Positions 11,301-20,977 of a stretch of 64,000 nucleotides of DNA are shown here, piece by piece. Position 1 is the first letter of the stretch, and every line of letters starts with the position of its first letter. This DNA is from an uncultured Bacteroidota bacterium. Lineage in GTDB: Bacteria > Bacteroidota > Bacteroidia > UKL13-3. Location of the stretch: contig CAISCU010000035.1 in the NCBI GenBank assembly GCA_903883965.1, forward strand, positions 25,216 to 89,215. The letters are read 5' to 3'. The notes under the pieces are model-generated. The model ran no database searches and was not told the DNA's origin. It worked only from the letters and a program-made list of their open reading frames with translations. The translations under genes were made by a program, and so were the position numbers.

Positions 11301-11709
11301 TGAAAGATTAGCTATATATAATCAATTGGCGTTATTAAAAACGGAAGCCAACATTCAAGAATTTAAAGCTGGATTAACCGACCGATTTGGCAAATCACCC
11401 AAACAGGTTGAAGACCTTTTAGATTTAATTCGGGTAAGGGAACTTGGAAAAAAGATTGGCTTTGAAAGAATGGTTTTAAAATCAAATAGAATGTCGGCTT
11501 ACTTTCCGAACGAACAAAACCAAACTTATTTTCAGTCAGACAAATTTGCACAAATCATTCAATATGTACAGAAGCATTCTAACAAAATGAATTTAAAACA
11601 AAGTGGTTCATTTCTATTGTTACAGATTCAACCCATTCATACCATTCAACAATCGTTACACGAATTAAATTTATTGTATGTTCAATTGAACCAAACAGCT
11701 ATTTCCTAA
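8359..11709 (+). CDS. mfd: Transcription-repair coupling factor
   Basis: UvrB-homology N-terminus, RID (PGDYVTHIDHGIG), GDVGFGKT, DEEQKFG, TATPIPRT, QMRGRVGR, TRCF C-terminus. Confidence 0.97.
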   Translation: MKIQELLALYSQTSQIQTIHSELNTSKCRIHLNGSIGSGIGIIAGSLFLVNPQTNVFVFNDDDDAIDFYSDLSNVLEGKTICFYPGSFKRKFLPGTYEDSLVLERAETLNRLKNNSNQLIVTTADAIAEWVIDEQELESNTYEIKQNTNLDIDFFIEFLNEHEFDRVDFVYEPGTYSIRGGIIDVFSFSNEQPYRIELNEETIESIRVFNPNDQLSLKKVDHFYIIPHIQKTKNKSQDFFHYLPAQTNLWFQDINLSKEQVNLGTEKAEKWFNSNPEHELNFNQVSAIWMQAADFLKSINPFHIIEFGSQKHFNQGVCKVEFKMSPQPAFHKNFKLLIANLNQNSALNINNIIFSESSRQIERLYTIFEDLDGKVQFEPIYHGISNGFIDHELKLACYTERLIFDRTNRGRHRASYSGNKILSLKELKELKPGDYVTHIDHGIGKFAGLEKLEINGHIQEAVRLVYKNDDLLYVSINSLHKITKYVGKEGTAPKMNKLGSDAWEKLKSTTKKKVKDIARDLIKLYAKRKSQSGHAFQPDNFMQIELEASFMYEDTPDQLKATLELKKDMESPHPMDRLICGDVGFGKTEVAIRAAFKAICDSKQVAVLVPTTILANQHYRTFKERLKDFPCTIDYVNRFKSAAETKKVLEAVKAGKVDLLIGTHKLLNKAVEFKDIGLLIIDEEQKFGVAAKEKLKALKTNVDTLTLTATPIPRTLHFSLMGARDLSVINTPPPNRQPVNTELHNYNESIIQEAILQEVERGGQVFFVHHRVKDIYEVADTIARICPGVKVGVAHGQLEGEKLEDVMIKFIEGEYDVLVATTIIEAGLDIPNANTIIINNANMFGLSDLHQMRGRVGRSNKKAFCYLLVPGIISLTNDARRRLQAIEEFSDLGSGFNVAMRDLDIRGAGNLLGGEQSGFIAEIGFEMYHKILDEAIHELKDDEFAELFQNEDKSYKLEARDCNLETDFEALIPDKYIRNSAERLAIYNQLALLKTEANIQEFKAGLTDRFGKSPKQVEDLLDLIRVRELGKKIGFERMVLKSNRMSAYFPNEQNQTYFQSDKFAQIIQYVQKHSNKMNLKQSGSFLLLQIQPIHTIQQSLHELNLLYVQLNQTAIS

Positions 11710-11836
11710 TTAAGCCGTCTTTTGAATAGCGGTTATGAGATCGCTTTTCTTGGTCTTCAACACTAGGGCATCGTTTGGCTTTGCATGCTATAAATAAACA
11801 TGAAAGCATCAAAAACACAAAAACGAATTTCTTCAT
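11699..11836 (-). CDS. Small putative lipoprotein, 45 aa (MKKFVFVFLMLSCLFIACKAKRCPSVEDQEKRSHNRYSKDGLIRK); not in ORF track
   Basis: Hand translation: MKK, hydrophobic stretch, lipobox-like FIA-C. Fills the gap between the mfd stop and the upstream terminator. Confidence 0.7.
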   Translation of the reverse strand: MKKFVFVFLMLSCLFIACKAKRCPSVEDQEKRSHNRYSKDGLIRK

Positions 11837-11853
11837 AACTGAGTATTTAAGGT

Positions 11854-11887
11854 AAAAAAAAAGACCCCAAATCTGAGGTCTTTTTTT
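11854..11887 (-). terminator. Intrinsic terminator after the histone-H1-like gene
   Basis: Minus-strand GACCUCA-GAUU-UGGGGUC stem (one G-U pair) followed by 9 U; flanked by A/T tracts. Confidence 0.85.
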
Positions 11888-11903
11888 ATAAAAGTAATGT
11901 TGA

Positions 11904-12221
11904 TTACTTAGAAGCTTTCTTAGGAGCAGCTTTCTTAGGAGCAGCTTTCTTAGGAGCAGCTTTCTTAGGAGCAGCGGCTTTCTTAGGAGCAGCTTTCTTA
12001 GGAGCAGCGGCTTTCTTAGGAGCAGCTTTCTTAGCAGCAGCTTTTTTAGGAGCAGCTTTTTTAGGAGCAGCTTTCTTTGCAGCAGCTTTCTTAGGAGCAG
12101 CTTTTTTAGCAGCAGCTTTTTTAGGAGCAGCTTTCTTTGCAGCAGCTTTTTTAGGAGCGGCTTTCTTAGCAGCGCTCTTAGTAGGAGCAGCAGCTTTTTT
12201 AGTTTTTTTGGTTGTTGCCAT
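11904..12221 (-). CDS. Histone H1-like Lys/Ala/Pro-repeat protein
   Basis: 105 aa with 17 KKAA units, A-rich start context, own promoter and terminator. Confidence 0.85.
   Translation of the reverse strand: MATTKKTKKAAAPTKSAAKKAAPKKAAAKKAAPKKAAAKKAAPKKAAAKKAAPKKAAPKKAAAKKAAPKKAAAPKKAAPKKAAAPKKAAPKKAAPKKAAPKKASK
11915..12170. repeat. Imperfect 15/18-bp coding tandem repeat (ttaggagcagctttc) within the H1-like gene
   Basis: Read directly; variation is mainly synonymous or Pro/Ala. Confidence 0.9.
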
Positions 12222-12250
12222 GTTTTTAAAAATTTGATTGATTACGTAGA

Positions 12251-12258
12251 CAAAGTTA
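12251..12258 (-). promoter_or_regulatory. -7 promoter element (TAACTTTG) for the H1-like gene
   Basis: Exact TAnnTTTG match; a CTTG -33-like element lies 19 nt upstream. Confidence 0.65.
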
Positions 12259-12718
12259 TAAGCCTAAAAAATAAATTCAAGTGTTCTTCAAAATTGATGT
12301 ATAAAAAAGCATCTTTAAAACTGTTGATAACTCCAAATACCTCTTCACATAAATTATAAAAACAGAATCGTCATGTCAAAATTTTAAATTTTTTTAAAAA
12401 AAATATCAGTCCAATTTTAACGCATACAATTGCTTAAATAAAATTATTTTTTTGAATGTATTTTTTATTAAAACTTTTTTTTAACATCTGCTGTTACCAA
12501 TATTTATAAGTAGTTCAAAGAATTTTAATTTTATTGTTCAACCAAAGTATTTAAAATTGATTTTCAAAATCTATATTGAAATAGTATCTTTAGAATCATT
12601 CAAATTTTATATTCAAAAATCAAGCAGTATATTTTTTTATACAACCCTAAAAGGAATTCACATTGAATTAAAAATTTGTGCAAAATTAATTTGATCAATC
12701 AACTCTAATGAGACAAAA

Positions 12719-13963
12719 ATGAAAGCAGAAATCATCACAATCGGAGATGAATTATTAATAGGACAAGTTATCGATACAAACTCAACTTGGATTGCACAAC
12801 AGTTGAATGATATTGGCATTCAAATGCACTTCAAAAGTACTGTCTCTGATAACAAGTTTGCAATCTTGCAAGCACTGAAAGATGCCGAAAACAGAAGTGA
12901 CATCGTCATACTTACAGGCGGACTCGGACCTACAAAAGACGATATTACCAAACAAACATTCTGTGATTATTTTAAAAGTAAACTTATAAGAAACCCCAAT
13001 GTAGAAAATTGGATTATCGATATTTTTTCGAAAAGAAACTTACCAATTATTGATGCCAATTTAATGCAAGCAGATTTACCTGAAAATTGTGAGGTATTAT
13101 GGAATAGAAGTGGTACTGCTCCTGGTATGTGGTTTGAATCAAATCAAAAAATATTTGCAAGCTTTCCAGGAGTACCTTTTGAAATGAAAACCATTTTCAA
13201 AGAAGAATTTATTCCTAAACTACTCTTGATAAAAAAACTCCCTACCATTATTCATAGAACCATTCAAACCTGTTCTTTGGGTGAAAGTTTTCTTGCAAAG
13301 AAAATTGAACCATTAGAATTGACATTACCCAATCACATCAAGTTAGCTTACTTACCTGCTGTTGGTTTGGTCAGACTTCGCTTTAGTGCTTATGGAAATA
13401 ATCCTGATCAATTAAACGAAGAACTCAATTCAATAGTTAAAAAACTGTACGACATAATTGGCGAACATATTTATGCAGAAGGTGAACAATCTTTGGCAGA
13501 AACAATTGGCAATTTATTGAACAAGAATAAAAGAACAATTGCTGTGGCTGAAAGTTGTTCTGGTGGATTTTTATCTCATTTGATAACCAGTATTCCGGGA
13601 AGTTCAAACTATTTCAAAGGAGGAGTTATTGCTTATGACAATGCAATAAAAATTTCCGAATTAGCTATTCCAGAAAATGTATTGAAACAACATGGTGCAG
13701 TGAGTGAAGCCTGCGTATTGGCAATGGCTCAAAATATTCGAAACAAATTTAACACTGATTATGCGATTGCAACAAGTGGTATTGCTGGACCAGGTGGTGG
13801 AAGTATAGAAAAACCCGTAGGAACCGTTTGGATTGCAATTGCATCTGGAGTATCTGCAAAAGCTTACTCATTTAACATGGGCGATAACAGAGAGCGAACC
13901 ATATTAAGAACAGCATTAATGGGATTAGATTTAGTAAGAAAAGAATTGTTAAAACTTGCGTAA
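12719..13963 (+). CDS. cinA: Competence/damage-inducible protein A (MocF-like domain plus PncC NMN deamidase)
   Basis: IGDELLIGQVIDTNS, GGLGPTKDDIT, AESCSGG, HGAVS and SGIAGPGGG motifs. Confidence 0.95.
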   Translation: MKAEIITIGDELLIGQVIDTNSTWIAQQLNDIGIQMHFKSTVSDNKFAILQALKDAENRSDIVILTGGLGPTKDDITKQTFCDYFKSKLIRNPNVENWIIDIFSKRNLPIIDANLMQADLPENCEVLWNRSGTAPGMWFESNQKIFASFPGVPFEMKTIFKEEFIPKLLLIKKLPTIIHRTIQTCSLGESFLAKKIEPLELTLPNHIKLAYLPAVGLVRLRFSAYGNNPDQLNEELNSIVKKLYDIIGEHIYAEGEQSLAETIGNLLNKNKRTIAVAESCSGGFLSHLITSIPGSSNYFKGGVIAYDNAIKISELAIPENVLKQHGAVSEACVLAMAQNIRNKFNTDYAIATSGIAGPGGGSIEKPVGTVWIAIASGVSAKAYSFNMGDNRERTILRTALMGLDLVRKELLKLA

Positions 13964-13966
13964 CAA

Positions 13967-15997
13967 ATGAATTTCAAACTACATTCTCATTTTAAACCAA
14001 CCGGAGACCAACCCAAAGCCATTGCAGGTTTACTTGAAGGCATTCAAGAAAATGAAAAATCACAAGTATTGCTTGGAGTTACTGGATCTGGAAAAACATT
14101 TACCATTGCAAATGTTATTGCTGAATTAAACAGACCTACATTAATTATCAGTCATAACAAAACTTTGGTAGCTCAACTGTATGGAGAATTCAAACAATTT
14201 TTTCCAGAAAATGCAGTAGAGTATTTTGTATCTTATTACGACTATTACCAGCCTGAAGCTTTTATTCCATCTAGCAATACCTATATAGAAAAAGACCTAC
14301 AGATCAACGATGAAATAGAAAAGCTTCGTTTAAAAACCACCTCTTCATTGCTATCTGGACGAAGAGATATTGTGGTGCTTGCTTCTGTCAGTTGCATTTT
14401 TGGAGCTGGTAACCCCAAAGACTATGAGAACAGTATCATTCGCCTTCATAAACTACAAAAAATAAACAGAAATGATTTGCTCTATGCTTTGGTAGATTCT
14501 TTATACATAAGAACCACCGCCGATTTCCACAGAGGTAGTTTCAGAGTAAAAGGCGATATCGTAGATGTATTTCCGGCCTATGCTGAGTATGCCTTTAGGA
14601 TATCGTTTTTTGGCAATGAGATTGAACAGCTTTTTGTGATTGATCCAGTGTCAGGAAAAAAACAAGAAGAACTAACAGACCTTTCTATTTTTCCTGCCAA
14701 TATTTATGTCACTCCTAAAGACCAAATTAACCGAGCTATTCGCGAAATTCAAGATGACCTTGTTTTACAAATTGAGTATTTTAAATCAATTGGAAAATAC
14801 CAAGAAGCAAAAAGGTTAGAAGAGCGAACCAATTTTGATTTAGAGATGATTCGGGAATTGGGTTACTGTAGTGGAATTGAAAATTACAGCCGTTACCTCG
14901 ATAATAGAAAACCGGGTGACCGCCCTTTCTGTTTATTGGATTATTTCCCAAAAGATTTCTTATTGATTGTAGATGAGAGCCATGTTACAATGCCTCAAGT
15001 CAGAGGGATGTACGGAGGTGACAGAAGTCGCAAAGAAAATTTAGTTGAATATGGATTTAGACTACCATCTGCATTAGACAATAGGCCTTTGACATTTCCT
15101 GAGTTTGAGAAAGTCATCAACCAAGTTATTTATGTAAGCGCAACTCCTGCAGATTATGAAATCAGAGAATCAGAAGGTGTCATAGTTGAACAAATTATCA
15201 GACCAACTGGTTTATTAGACCCTGTAATTATAGTTAAACCTACATTGAACCAAATTGATGATTTACTTGAAGAAATTGATGAACGCATCAAAATGGGAGA
15301 TCGGGTTTTAGTAACTACTTTAACCAAAAGAATGGCTGAAGAATTGAGTAAATATTTTGCCAAACTTTCAATCAAATGCAAATACATTCACAGTGAAATT
15401 AAAACCATAGAAAGGGTTGAAATTTTAAGAGATTTAAGACTTGGGGTCATAGATGTTTTGATAGGTGTCAACTTATTAAGAGAAGGACTTGACTTACCAG
15501 AAGTAAGCTTGGTAGCCATTATGGATGCCGATAAGGAAGGATTTTTAAGAAATGAAAAATCACTTACGCAAACCATAGGTAGGGCGGCTAGAAATGAAAA
15601 TGGAAAAGTCATTATGTATGCTGATAAATTAACTGAAAGCATGCGCAAAACCATAGACGAAACCAACAGAAGAAGAAACATTCAAATTGCCCATAATTTA
15701 GCCAATGGCATTGTACCTAAAACGGTTTTGAAAAGCAAACAAGAAATTATTGAACAAACATCTGTTGCAGACTCCTCTGAAAAGAAAATTGACCTCAGCG
15801 ATATTGAACTAGGTATTTCGGCCATTGCAGCAGATCCAATTCTAGCTTACATGAACCAAGAACAACTCAGCAAAGCCGTAGCCGAAAGCAAGCACAAAAT
15901 GGATCAAGCAGCCAAAAATATGGACTTTATGGAAGCAGCAAAATGGAGAGATGAAATGTATGCGCTAGAAAACAGGTTGGAAAAATCAAAAAACTAG
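13967..15997 (+). CDS. uvrB: Excinuclease ABC subunit B
   Basis: [33 protein letters not shown]-terminal UVR domain. Confidence 0.98.
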   Translation: MNFKLHSHFKPTGDQPKAIAGLLEGIQENEKSQVLLGVTGSGKTFTIANVIAELNRPTLIISHNKTLVAQLYGEFKQFFPENAVEYFVSYYDYYQPEAFIPSSNTYIEKDLQINDEIEKLRLKTTSSLLSGRRDIVVLASVSCIFGAGNPKDYENSIIRLHKLQKINRNDLLYALVDSLYIRTTADFHRGSFRVKGDIVDVFPAYAEYAFRISFFGNEIEQLFVIDPVSGKKQEELTDLSIFPANIYVTPKDQINRAIREIQDDLVLQIEYFKSIGKYQEAKRLEERTNFDLEMIRELGYCSGIENYSRYLDNRKPGDRPFCLLDYFPKDFLLIVDESHVTMPQVRGMYGGDRSRKENLVEYGFRLPSALDNRPLTFPEFEKVINQVIYVSATPADYEIRESEGVIVEQIIRPTGLLDPVIIVKPTLNQIDDLLEEIDERIKMGDRVLVTTLTKRMAEELSKYFAKLSIKCKYIHSEIKTIERVEILRDLRLGVIDVLIGVNLLREGLDLPEVSLVAIMDADKEGFLRNEKSLTQTIGRAARNENGKVIMYADKLTESMRKTIDETNRRRNIQIAHNLANGIVPKTVLKSKQEIIEQTSVADSSEKKIDLSDIELGISAIAADPILAYMNQEQLSKAVAESKHKMDQAAKNMDFMEAAKWRDEMYALENRLEKSKN

Positions 15998-16968
15998 TCG
16001 AATCGATGAGCACTCTTTTTCAACTCTTCAGGGGAAAGTGATTTGAAATAATCATAAGTAATTTTAAGTCCTTCTTCCCTATTAATTTTTGGCTCCCATC
16101 CCAAAATTTCTTTTGCTCTAGAAATGTCTGGCTGGCGCTGTTTGGGATCATCTTTAGGCAATGGTTTGTGTACTAATTGTTGTCTTGTACCAGTCAGTTT
16201 AATGATTTCTTCTGCAAATTGGTTAATAGTAATTTCACTTGGATTGCCAATGTTCACAGGATAAGGATAATCACTCATCAAAAGTCTGTAGATACCTTCA
16301 ATTAAATCGCTTTGGTAACAGAAACTTCTGGTTTGTGTACCATCTCCAAAGATTGTCAAATCTTCCCCTCTCAATGCTTGACCAATAAAGGCCGGCAATA
16401 CCCTTCCGTCATTTAAACGCATTCTAGGCCCGTATGTATTGAATATTCTAACAATACGTGTTTCTAATCCGTGATAGGTGTGGTATGCCATTGTAATGGC
16501 TTCCTGAAACCTTTTAGCCTCATCATAAACACCTCTTGGCCCAACTGGATTTACATTACCCCAATAATCTTCATTTTGAGGATGTACAGTTGGATCTCCA
16601 TATACTTCAGAAGTAGAAGCCACTAGAATTCTTGCTTTTTTTGCCATTGCAAAACCCAACAAATTATGAGTACCTAATGACCCCACTTTTAATGTTTGAA
16701 TAGGGATTTTTAAATAGTCAATTGGGCTTGCGGGTGAGGCAAAATGTAAAATATAATCAATGTGCCCTGGTACATGAACATACTTGCTCACATCATGGTG
16801 ATAGAACTCAAATTCCTTTAAGCCCATCAAATGTTCAATATTTTTTATGTCTCCAGTTATGAGGTTATCCATCCCAACCACATCAAAACCTTCTTGGATA
16901 AACCTGTCACATAAATGCGAGCCTAAAAAACCTGCTGCTCCTGTTATGAGTATTCTTTTGTTTGGCAT
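15994..16968 (-). CDS. UDP-glucuronic acid decarboxylase (UDP-xylose synthase) family SDR
   Basis: [30 protein letters not shown] and [10 protein letters not shown] motifs. Confidence 0.92.
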   Translation of the reverse strand: MPNKRILITGAAGFLGSHLCDRFIQEGFDVVGMDNLITGDIKNIEHLMGLKEFEFYHHDVSKYVHVPGHIDYILHFASPASPIDYLKIPIQTLKVGSLGTHNLLGFAMAKKARILVASTSEVYGDPTVHPQNEDYWGNVNPVGPRGVYDEAKRFQEAITMAYHTYHGLETRIVRIFNTYGPRMRLNDGRVLPAFIGQALRGEDLTIFGDGTQTRSFCYQSDLIEGIYRLLMSDYPYPVNIGNPSEITINQFAEEIIKLTGTRQQLVHKPLPKDDPKQRQPDISRAKEILGWEPKINREEGLKITYDYFKSLSPEELKKSAHRFD

Positions 16969-16969
16969 G

Positions 16970-18295
16970 TTATTTCAAAGTATTGATACCGATGCAATAA
17001 TAATCAAAGCCGTTGTCTTTCATTTCTGTTAAATCGTAAATATTACGACCATCAAAAACCAATTTATTCTTCATCAATCTGCCCATTACTTCAAAATTTG
17101 GCGTTCTAAATTCAGGCCATTCAGTGATGATCAACAAAGCATCAGCATCAATCAATGCTTCGTTCATATCTGTTGCATAATGAATTTTATCTCCTAAATC
17201 TTTTTGGGCTTCATGCATAGCAACTGGATCATATGCTTTTACTTTGGCTCCCATTTTTAATAATTTTTCTATAATTACCAAAGATGGAGCTTCTCTCATA
17301 TCGTCTGTTTTGGGCTTAAAAGATAAACCCCAAACTGCAAAAACCTTTCCATTTAAATCTGACTGAAAATGGGTATTAATTTTATGAAACAACACACTTT
17401 TTTGATCGTTGTTTACCTCTTCGACTGCGTTTAAAATGCGCATATTGTATGCATTTTCAGCGGCAGTTTTAATCAATGCTTTCACATCTTTTGGAAAGCA
17501 AGAACCTCCATAACCAATACCCGGATAAATGAATCTGTTCCCAATTCTAGGATCGCTACCAATTCCTTTTCTTACTAAATTCACGTCTGCTCCCATAATT
17601 TCACAAAGATTTGCAATATCATTCATGAAGCTGATTTTTGTGGCTAACATAGCATTGGCAGCATATTTTGTCATCTCAGCACTTGGAACATCCATGAAAA
17701 TAATTGGATGTCCATTCAATAAAAATGGCTTATAAAGCTTTCTCATTACGTCTTCAGCCTTTTTAGACTCAACTCCTACCACTATTCTATCTGGTTTCAA
17801 GAAATCTTCAATTGCGGCACCTTCTTTTAAGAACTCCGGGTTAGATGCCACGTCAAAACTCAATTCTTTACCTCTAATTGACAATTCAGACTGAACGGCT
17901 TCTCTCACCTTAAGTGCAGTCCCTACTGGTACAGTACTTTTTGTTACAACTACTATGTAATCATTGACATTTGCACCTATTTCTTTGGCTACAGCAATTA
18001 CATATTTTAAGTCTGCAGAACCATCTTCACCAGGAGGTGTTCCTACTGCAATAAAAGCTACATCAGCATCAGCCAAATTGTCTTTCAAGCTGGTCGAAAA
18101 ATGCAATCTTCCCTTTTCAGTGTTTCGTATCACCATTTCCTCAAGACCTGGCTCATAAATTGGCATAATGCCATTTTGTAAGTTTTCTATTTTTTTATGA
18201 TCAACATCAATACAAACCACATCTATTCCAACTTCAGCAAAACAAGTTCCCGTCACCAATCCGACATACCCTGTTCCTATTACTACAATTTTCAT
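16970..18295 (-). CDS. ugd: UDP-glucose 6-dehydrogenase
   Basis: [32 protein letters not shown] and KPKTDDMRE motifs. Confidence 0.95.
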   Translation of the reverse strand: MKIVVIGTGYVGLVTGTCFAEVGIDVVCIDVDHKKIENLQNGIMPIYEPGLEEMVIRNTEKGRLHFSTSLKDNLADADVAFIAVGTPPGEDGSADLKYVIAVAKEIGANVNDYIVVVTKSTVPVGTALKVREAVQSELSIRGKELSFDVASNPEFLKEGAAIEDFLKPDRIVVGVESKKAEDVMRKLYKPFLLNGHPIIFMDVPSAEMTKYAANAMLATKISFMNDIANLCEIMGADVNLVRKGIGSDPRIGNRFIYPGIGYGGSCFPKDVKALIKTAAENAYNMRILNAVEEVNNDQKSVLFHKINTHFQSDLNGKVFAVWGLSFKPKTDDMREAPSLVIIEKLLKMGAKVKAYDPVAMHEAQKDLGDKIHYATDMNEALIDADALLIITEWPEFRTPNFEVMGRLMKNKLVFDGRNIYDLTEMKDNGFDYYCIGINTLK

Positions 18296-18420
18296 TTTAT
18301 TTTAATTTTATAGAGTCAAGCGAAAATAGTGAATTCGCTAATTAAATCAACCTTCTGCAGATTTTTTTCAAAGAATCTTTCCTTTTGTGATTCTAAATAA
18401 AAAATGAATATTTGTTCAGA

Positions 18421-19194
18421 ATGAAAAAGCTCGTTTTAATAATTGTTTGCTTTGCTTACGGAATGCTCCAAAATGCATTTTCCCAAAAAAATAATACCGA
18501 CAAATATGTATTCAGTAACAAAATTTTTAGTTTTCAATTCCTTTTAAATTTACAAAGCCCTGGGGGTGATATGTCAAAAACCTTTGGCAACCATGCATCT
18601 ATTGGTTTTGGAGGAATGATGAAAGGAAAAAAAAACTGGGTCTATGCTGCAGAAGGCAACTACCTATTTGGGGGTGAAATAAAAAACCTATCTATTTTTG
18701 ATCAGTTGACCAATGAAGCGGGTTACATTCCAAACAATACAGGAACTCCTGCAAATTATTCTGTAGGACTGAGAGGTATGAGCTTTTTTTTAAAAGCAGG
18801 CAGGGTGTTTGCTTTCAACCGTTTCAAAAAAAACAATGGCATTTTATATCAAAGTGGAGTTGGTTTTTTACAACATCAAATCAATATACAAACCTATCAA
18901 AACGAGGTGCCACCTTTAAACGAGAACTATGTTTTAGGTTATGACCGTTTAACCAATGGATTGGCCTTGAATCAGTTTCTAGGCTACCAGTTTTATAGCC
19001 AAAACCGTTTTGTTAATTTTTATGCAGGCATTGATTTCACAATGGCTTTTACCCAGAATAAAAGGGGTTACAATTATGACAGCCGTCAATTTGACCAAGG
19101 CAATAAAACGGATTACCTCATCGCATTTAGGGCAGGTTGGCTAATACCTATCTACCTTCATACCAAACAAGAAGACGAATTTAATTTCAGATGA
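18421..19194 (+). CDS. Hypothetical secreted protein, probable outer-membrane beta-barrel
   Basis: Signal peptide MKKLVLIIVCFAYGMLQNAFSQ; alternating aromatic/Gly beta-strand pattern. Start revised to ATG 18421. Confidence 0.7.
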   Translation: MKKLVLIIVCFAYGMLQNAFSQKNNTDKYVFSNKIFSFQFLLNLQSPGGDMSKTFGNHASIGFGGMMKGKKNWVYAAEGNYLFGGEIKNLSIFDQLTNEAGYIPNNTGTPANYSVGLRGMSFFLKAGRVFAFNRFKKNNGILYQSGVGFLQHQINIQTYQNEVPPLNENYVLGYDRLTNGLALNQFLGYQFYSQNRFVNFYAGIDFTMAFTQNKRGYNYDSRQFDQGNKTDYLIAFRAGWLIPIYLHTKQEDEFNFR

Positions 19195-20429
19195 GCATAG
19201 GGTATATTTTGTATAAAATTTCAACAAAGAGCTATTTCAAACTCGTACAGCTCATTGCACCATTTCATGAAAGGGCTGGCAAATTGTACTATGGTCAAAA
19301 ATCACCCATTCAAATTGCAGCAAAAGAAAACAATGATAAAAGACTTTGGATACATGTTGCTAGTTTAGGAGAATTTGAGCAGGCAAAACCTGTATTAAAT
19401 GAACTAAAAAAAAGTATTCCCAATTTAAAAATAATTGCCAGTTTTTTTTCTCCATCTGGATATGAAAACCGAAAAGATGACCCCCTCATTGATATTGCAA
19501 TTTACTTACCATTTGAGTCGAAAACACAAGCTAAGTTATTGCTAGATAAAATTAACCCCGATTTAGTCATATGGGTCAAGTATGACTTTTGGGTTGATTA
19601 TCTAAATGAAATTTATCACAGAAAAATTCCTGTATATTTAATTGCGGCTCTGTTTAGACCTCAACAGTATTACTTTAAATTTCCAGGTAAATTTCACTTG
19701 AGAGTGTTCAAGCAATTCACTCAAATTTTTACACAAAACAACAGTAGCTCTGTATTACTCGCTAAAAACAATATCAGATCTGTATGTACTGGAGACCCTC
19801 GATTTGATAACGTATATCAGTTAAAAACAGTGCATAAAGAAATCCCGTTATTGAATAGTCTCTGGAATCAAATTCCAGTAATTATATGTGGAAGTACCTA
19901 CGCTATTGAGGAAAAAATCATTGAAAAATTTCAGAAATCAACACCGCAATATTTCAAGTATATCATTGCCCCACATTTTATAGACAAGCACCATATCAAT
20001 GAAATGAAAATTCTTTTCCCTCATGCACTTTTATATAGTACAATTGCAAAAAATCAAGATTTAAGTAGCATTCAAACCATTATCATCGATAACATTGGCA
20101 TTCTACCACATTTGTATCATAAAGCCAATATTGCAATCATTGGAGGCGGTTTTAAAAAGGGAGGGCTCCACAATATTTTAGAGGCATCAGTTCATGGAAT
20201 TCCTGTTCTATTTGGTCCTAAAATAGAAAGATTTCCTGAAGCACTGGAATTATTGACAAATCAATCTGCGTTTATTTTTAAGGATGCCATTTCGCTGCAG
20301 GAAGAGATACACAGTATCTTCCCTTCACAAATTGAAACTATTAAGGTAAATACAACCAGGTGTATGAATAAGCATTTAGGAACTTGTAAAGTAATAGCTG
20401 ATTCTATTTTATTTGATTTAAGGCAATAA
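19191..20429 (+). CDS. waaA: 3-deoxy-D-manno-octulosonic acid (Kdo) transferase
   Basis: WIHVASLGEFEQ, FFSPSGYE, YLPF, GDPRFD and HNILEA..G.P..FGP motifs. Confidence 0.92.
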   Translation: MSIGYILYKISTKSYFKLVQLIAPFHERAGKLYYGQKSPIQIAAKENNDKRLWIHVASLGEFEQAKPVLNELKKSIPNLKIIASFFSPSGYENRKDDPLIDIAIYLPFESKTQAKLLLDKINPDLVIWVKYDFWVDYLNEIYHRKIPVYLIAALFRPQQYYFKFPGKFHLRVFKQFTQIFTQNNSSSVLLAKNNIRSVCTGDPRFDNVYQLKTVHKEIPLLNSLWNQIPVIICGSTYAIEEKIIEKFQKSTPQYFKYIIAPHFIDKHHINEMKILFPHALLYSTIAKNQDLSSIQTIIIDNIGILPHLYHKANIAIIGGGFKKGGLHNILEASVHGIPVLFGPKIERFPEALELLTNQSAFIFKDAISLQEEIHSIFPSQIETIKVNTTRCMNKHLGTCKVIADSILFDLRQ

Positions 20430-20451
20430 AAAAAGGGCCCGAAGGCCCTTT
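20428..20451 (-). terminator. Intrinsic terminator of the ribosomal superoperon (after rplQ)
   Basis: Minus-strand GGGCC-UUCG-GGCCC followed by 7 U. Confidence 0.9.
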
Positions 20452-20474
20452 ACTGATAATACTTAAAGTCTTAA

Positions 20475-20948
20475 TTATTCAGCTGAAGCTTCTTCAGTAG
20501 ATGAAGTCTCAGATTTAGCTTTTGTAGTTTTACCTCTACGTGTTTTCTTAGCTGTAGCAGATTTACCAGATTTGGTTGTCAATAAATTTTCATTGAAATC
20601 AACCAATTCTATAATTGCCATTTCAGCATTGTCACCTTTACGGTTCATTGTCTTCAACACACGTGTGTATCCACCTGGTCTGTCAGCAACTTTTTGAGCA
20701 ACTGGACCAAACAATTCAGCAACTGATTCTTTGTTTTTCAAGTAACTGAATACAATACGACGTGAATGAGTACTGTCGTCCTTTGATTTAGTAATTAAAG
20801 GCTCAACATATTTACGCAATTCTTTTGCTTTTGCACAAGTTGTAGTAATTCTTTTATGCAAAATCAATGAAGTTGCCATATTTGCCAAAAGCGCTTTTCT
20901 GTGAGAGGCTGTTCTACCTAAATGGTTAAATGTTTTTCCGTGTCTCAT
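20475..20948 (-). CDS. rplQ: 50S ribosomal protein L17
   Basis: [15 protein letters not shown] and RPGGYTR motifs. Confidence 0.98.
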   Translation of the reverse strand: MRHGKTFNHLGRTASHRKALLANMATSLILHKRITTTCAKAKELRKYVEPLITKSKDDSTHSRRIVFSYLKNKESVAELFGPVAQKVADRPGGYTRVLKTMNRKGDNAEMAIIELVDFNENLLTTKSGKSATAKKTRRGKTTKAKSETSSTEEASAE

Positions 20949-20977
20949 GTTATATTCTATTCTTGACCAATTTTAAA

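Noticed and set aside
11915-12170. CRISPR array or non-coding satellite
   Set aside because: Repeats are contiguous, in-frame multiples of 3 with no unique spacers; explained by the KKAAP protein.
12222-12718. Replication origin in the long AT-rich spacer
   Set aside because: Only one imperfect DnaA box seen, no box cluster, and by eye no change in strand base bias across it; a cumulative GC-skew plot would settle it.
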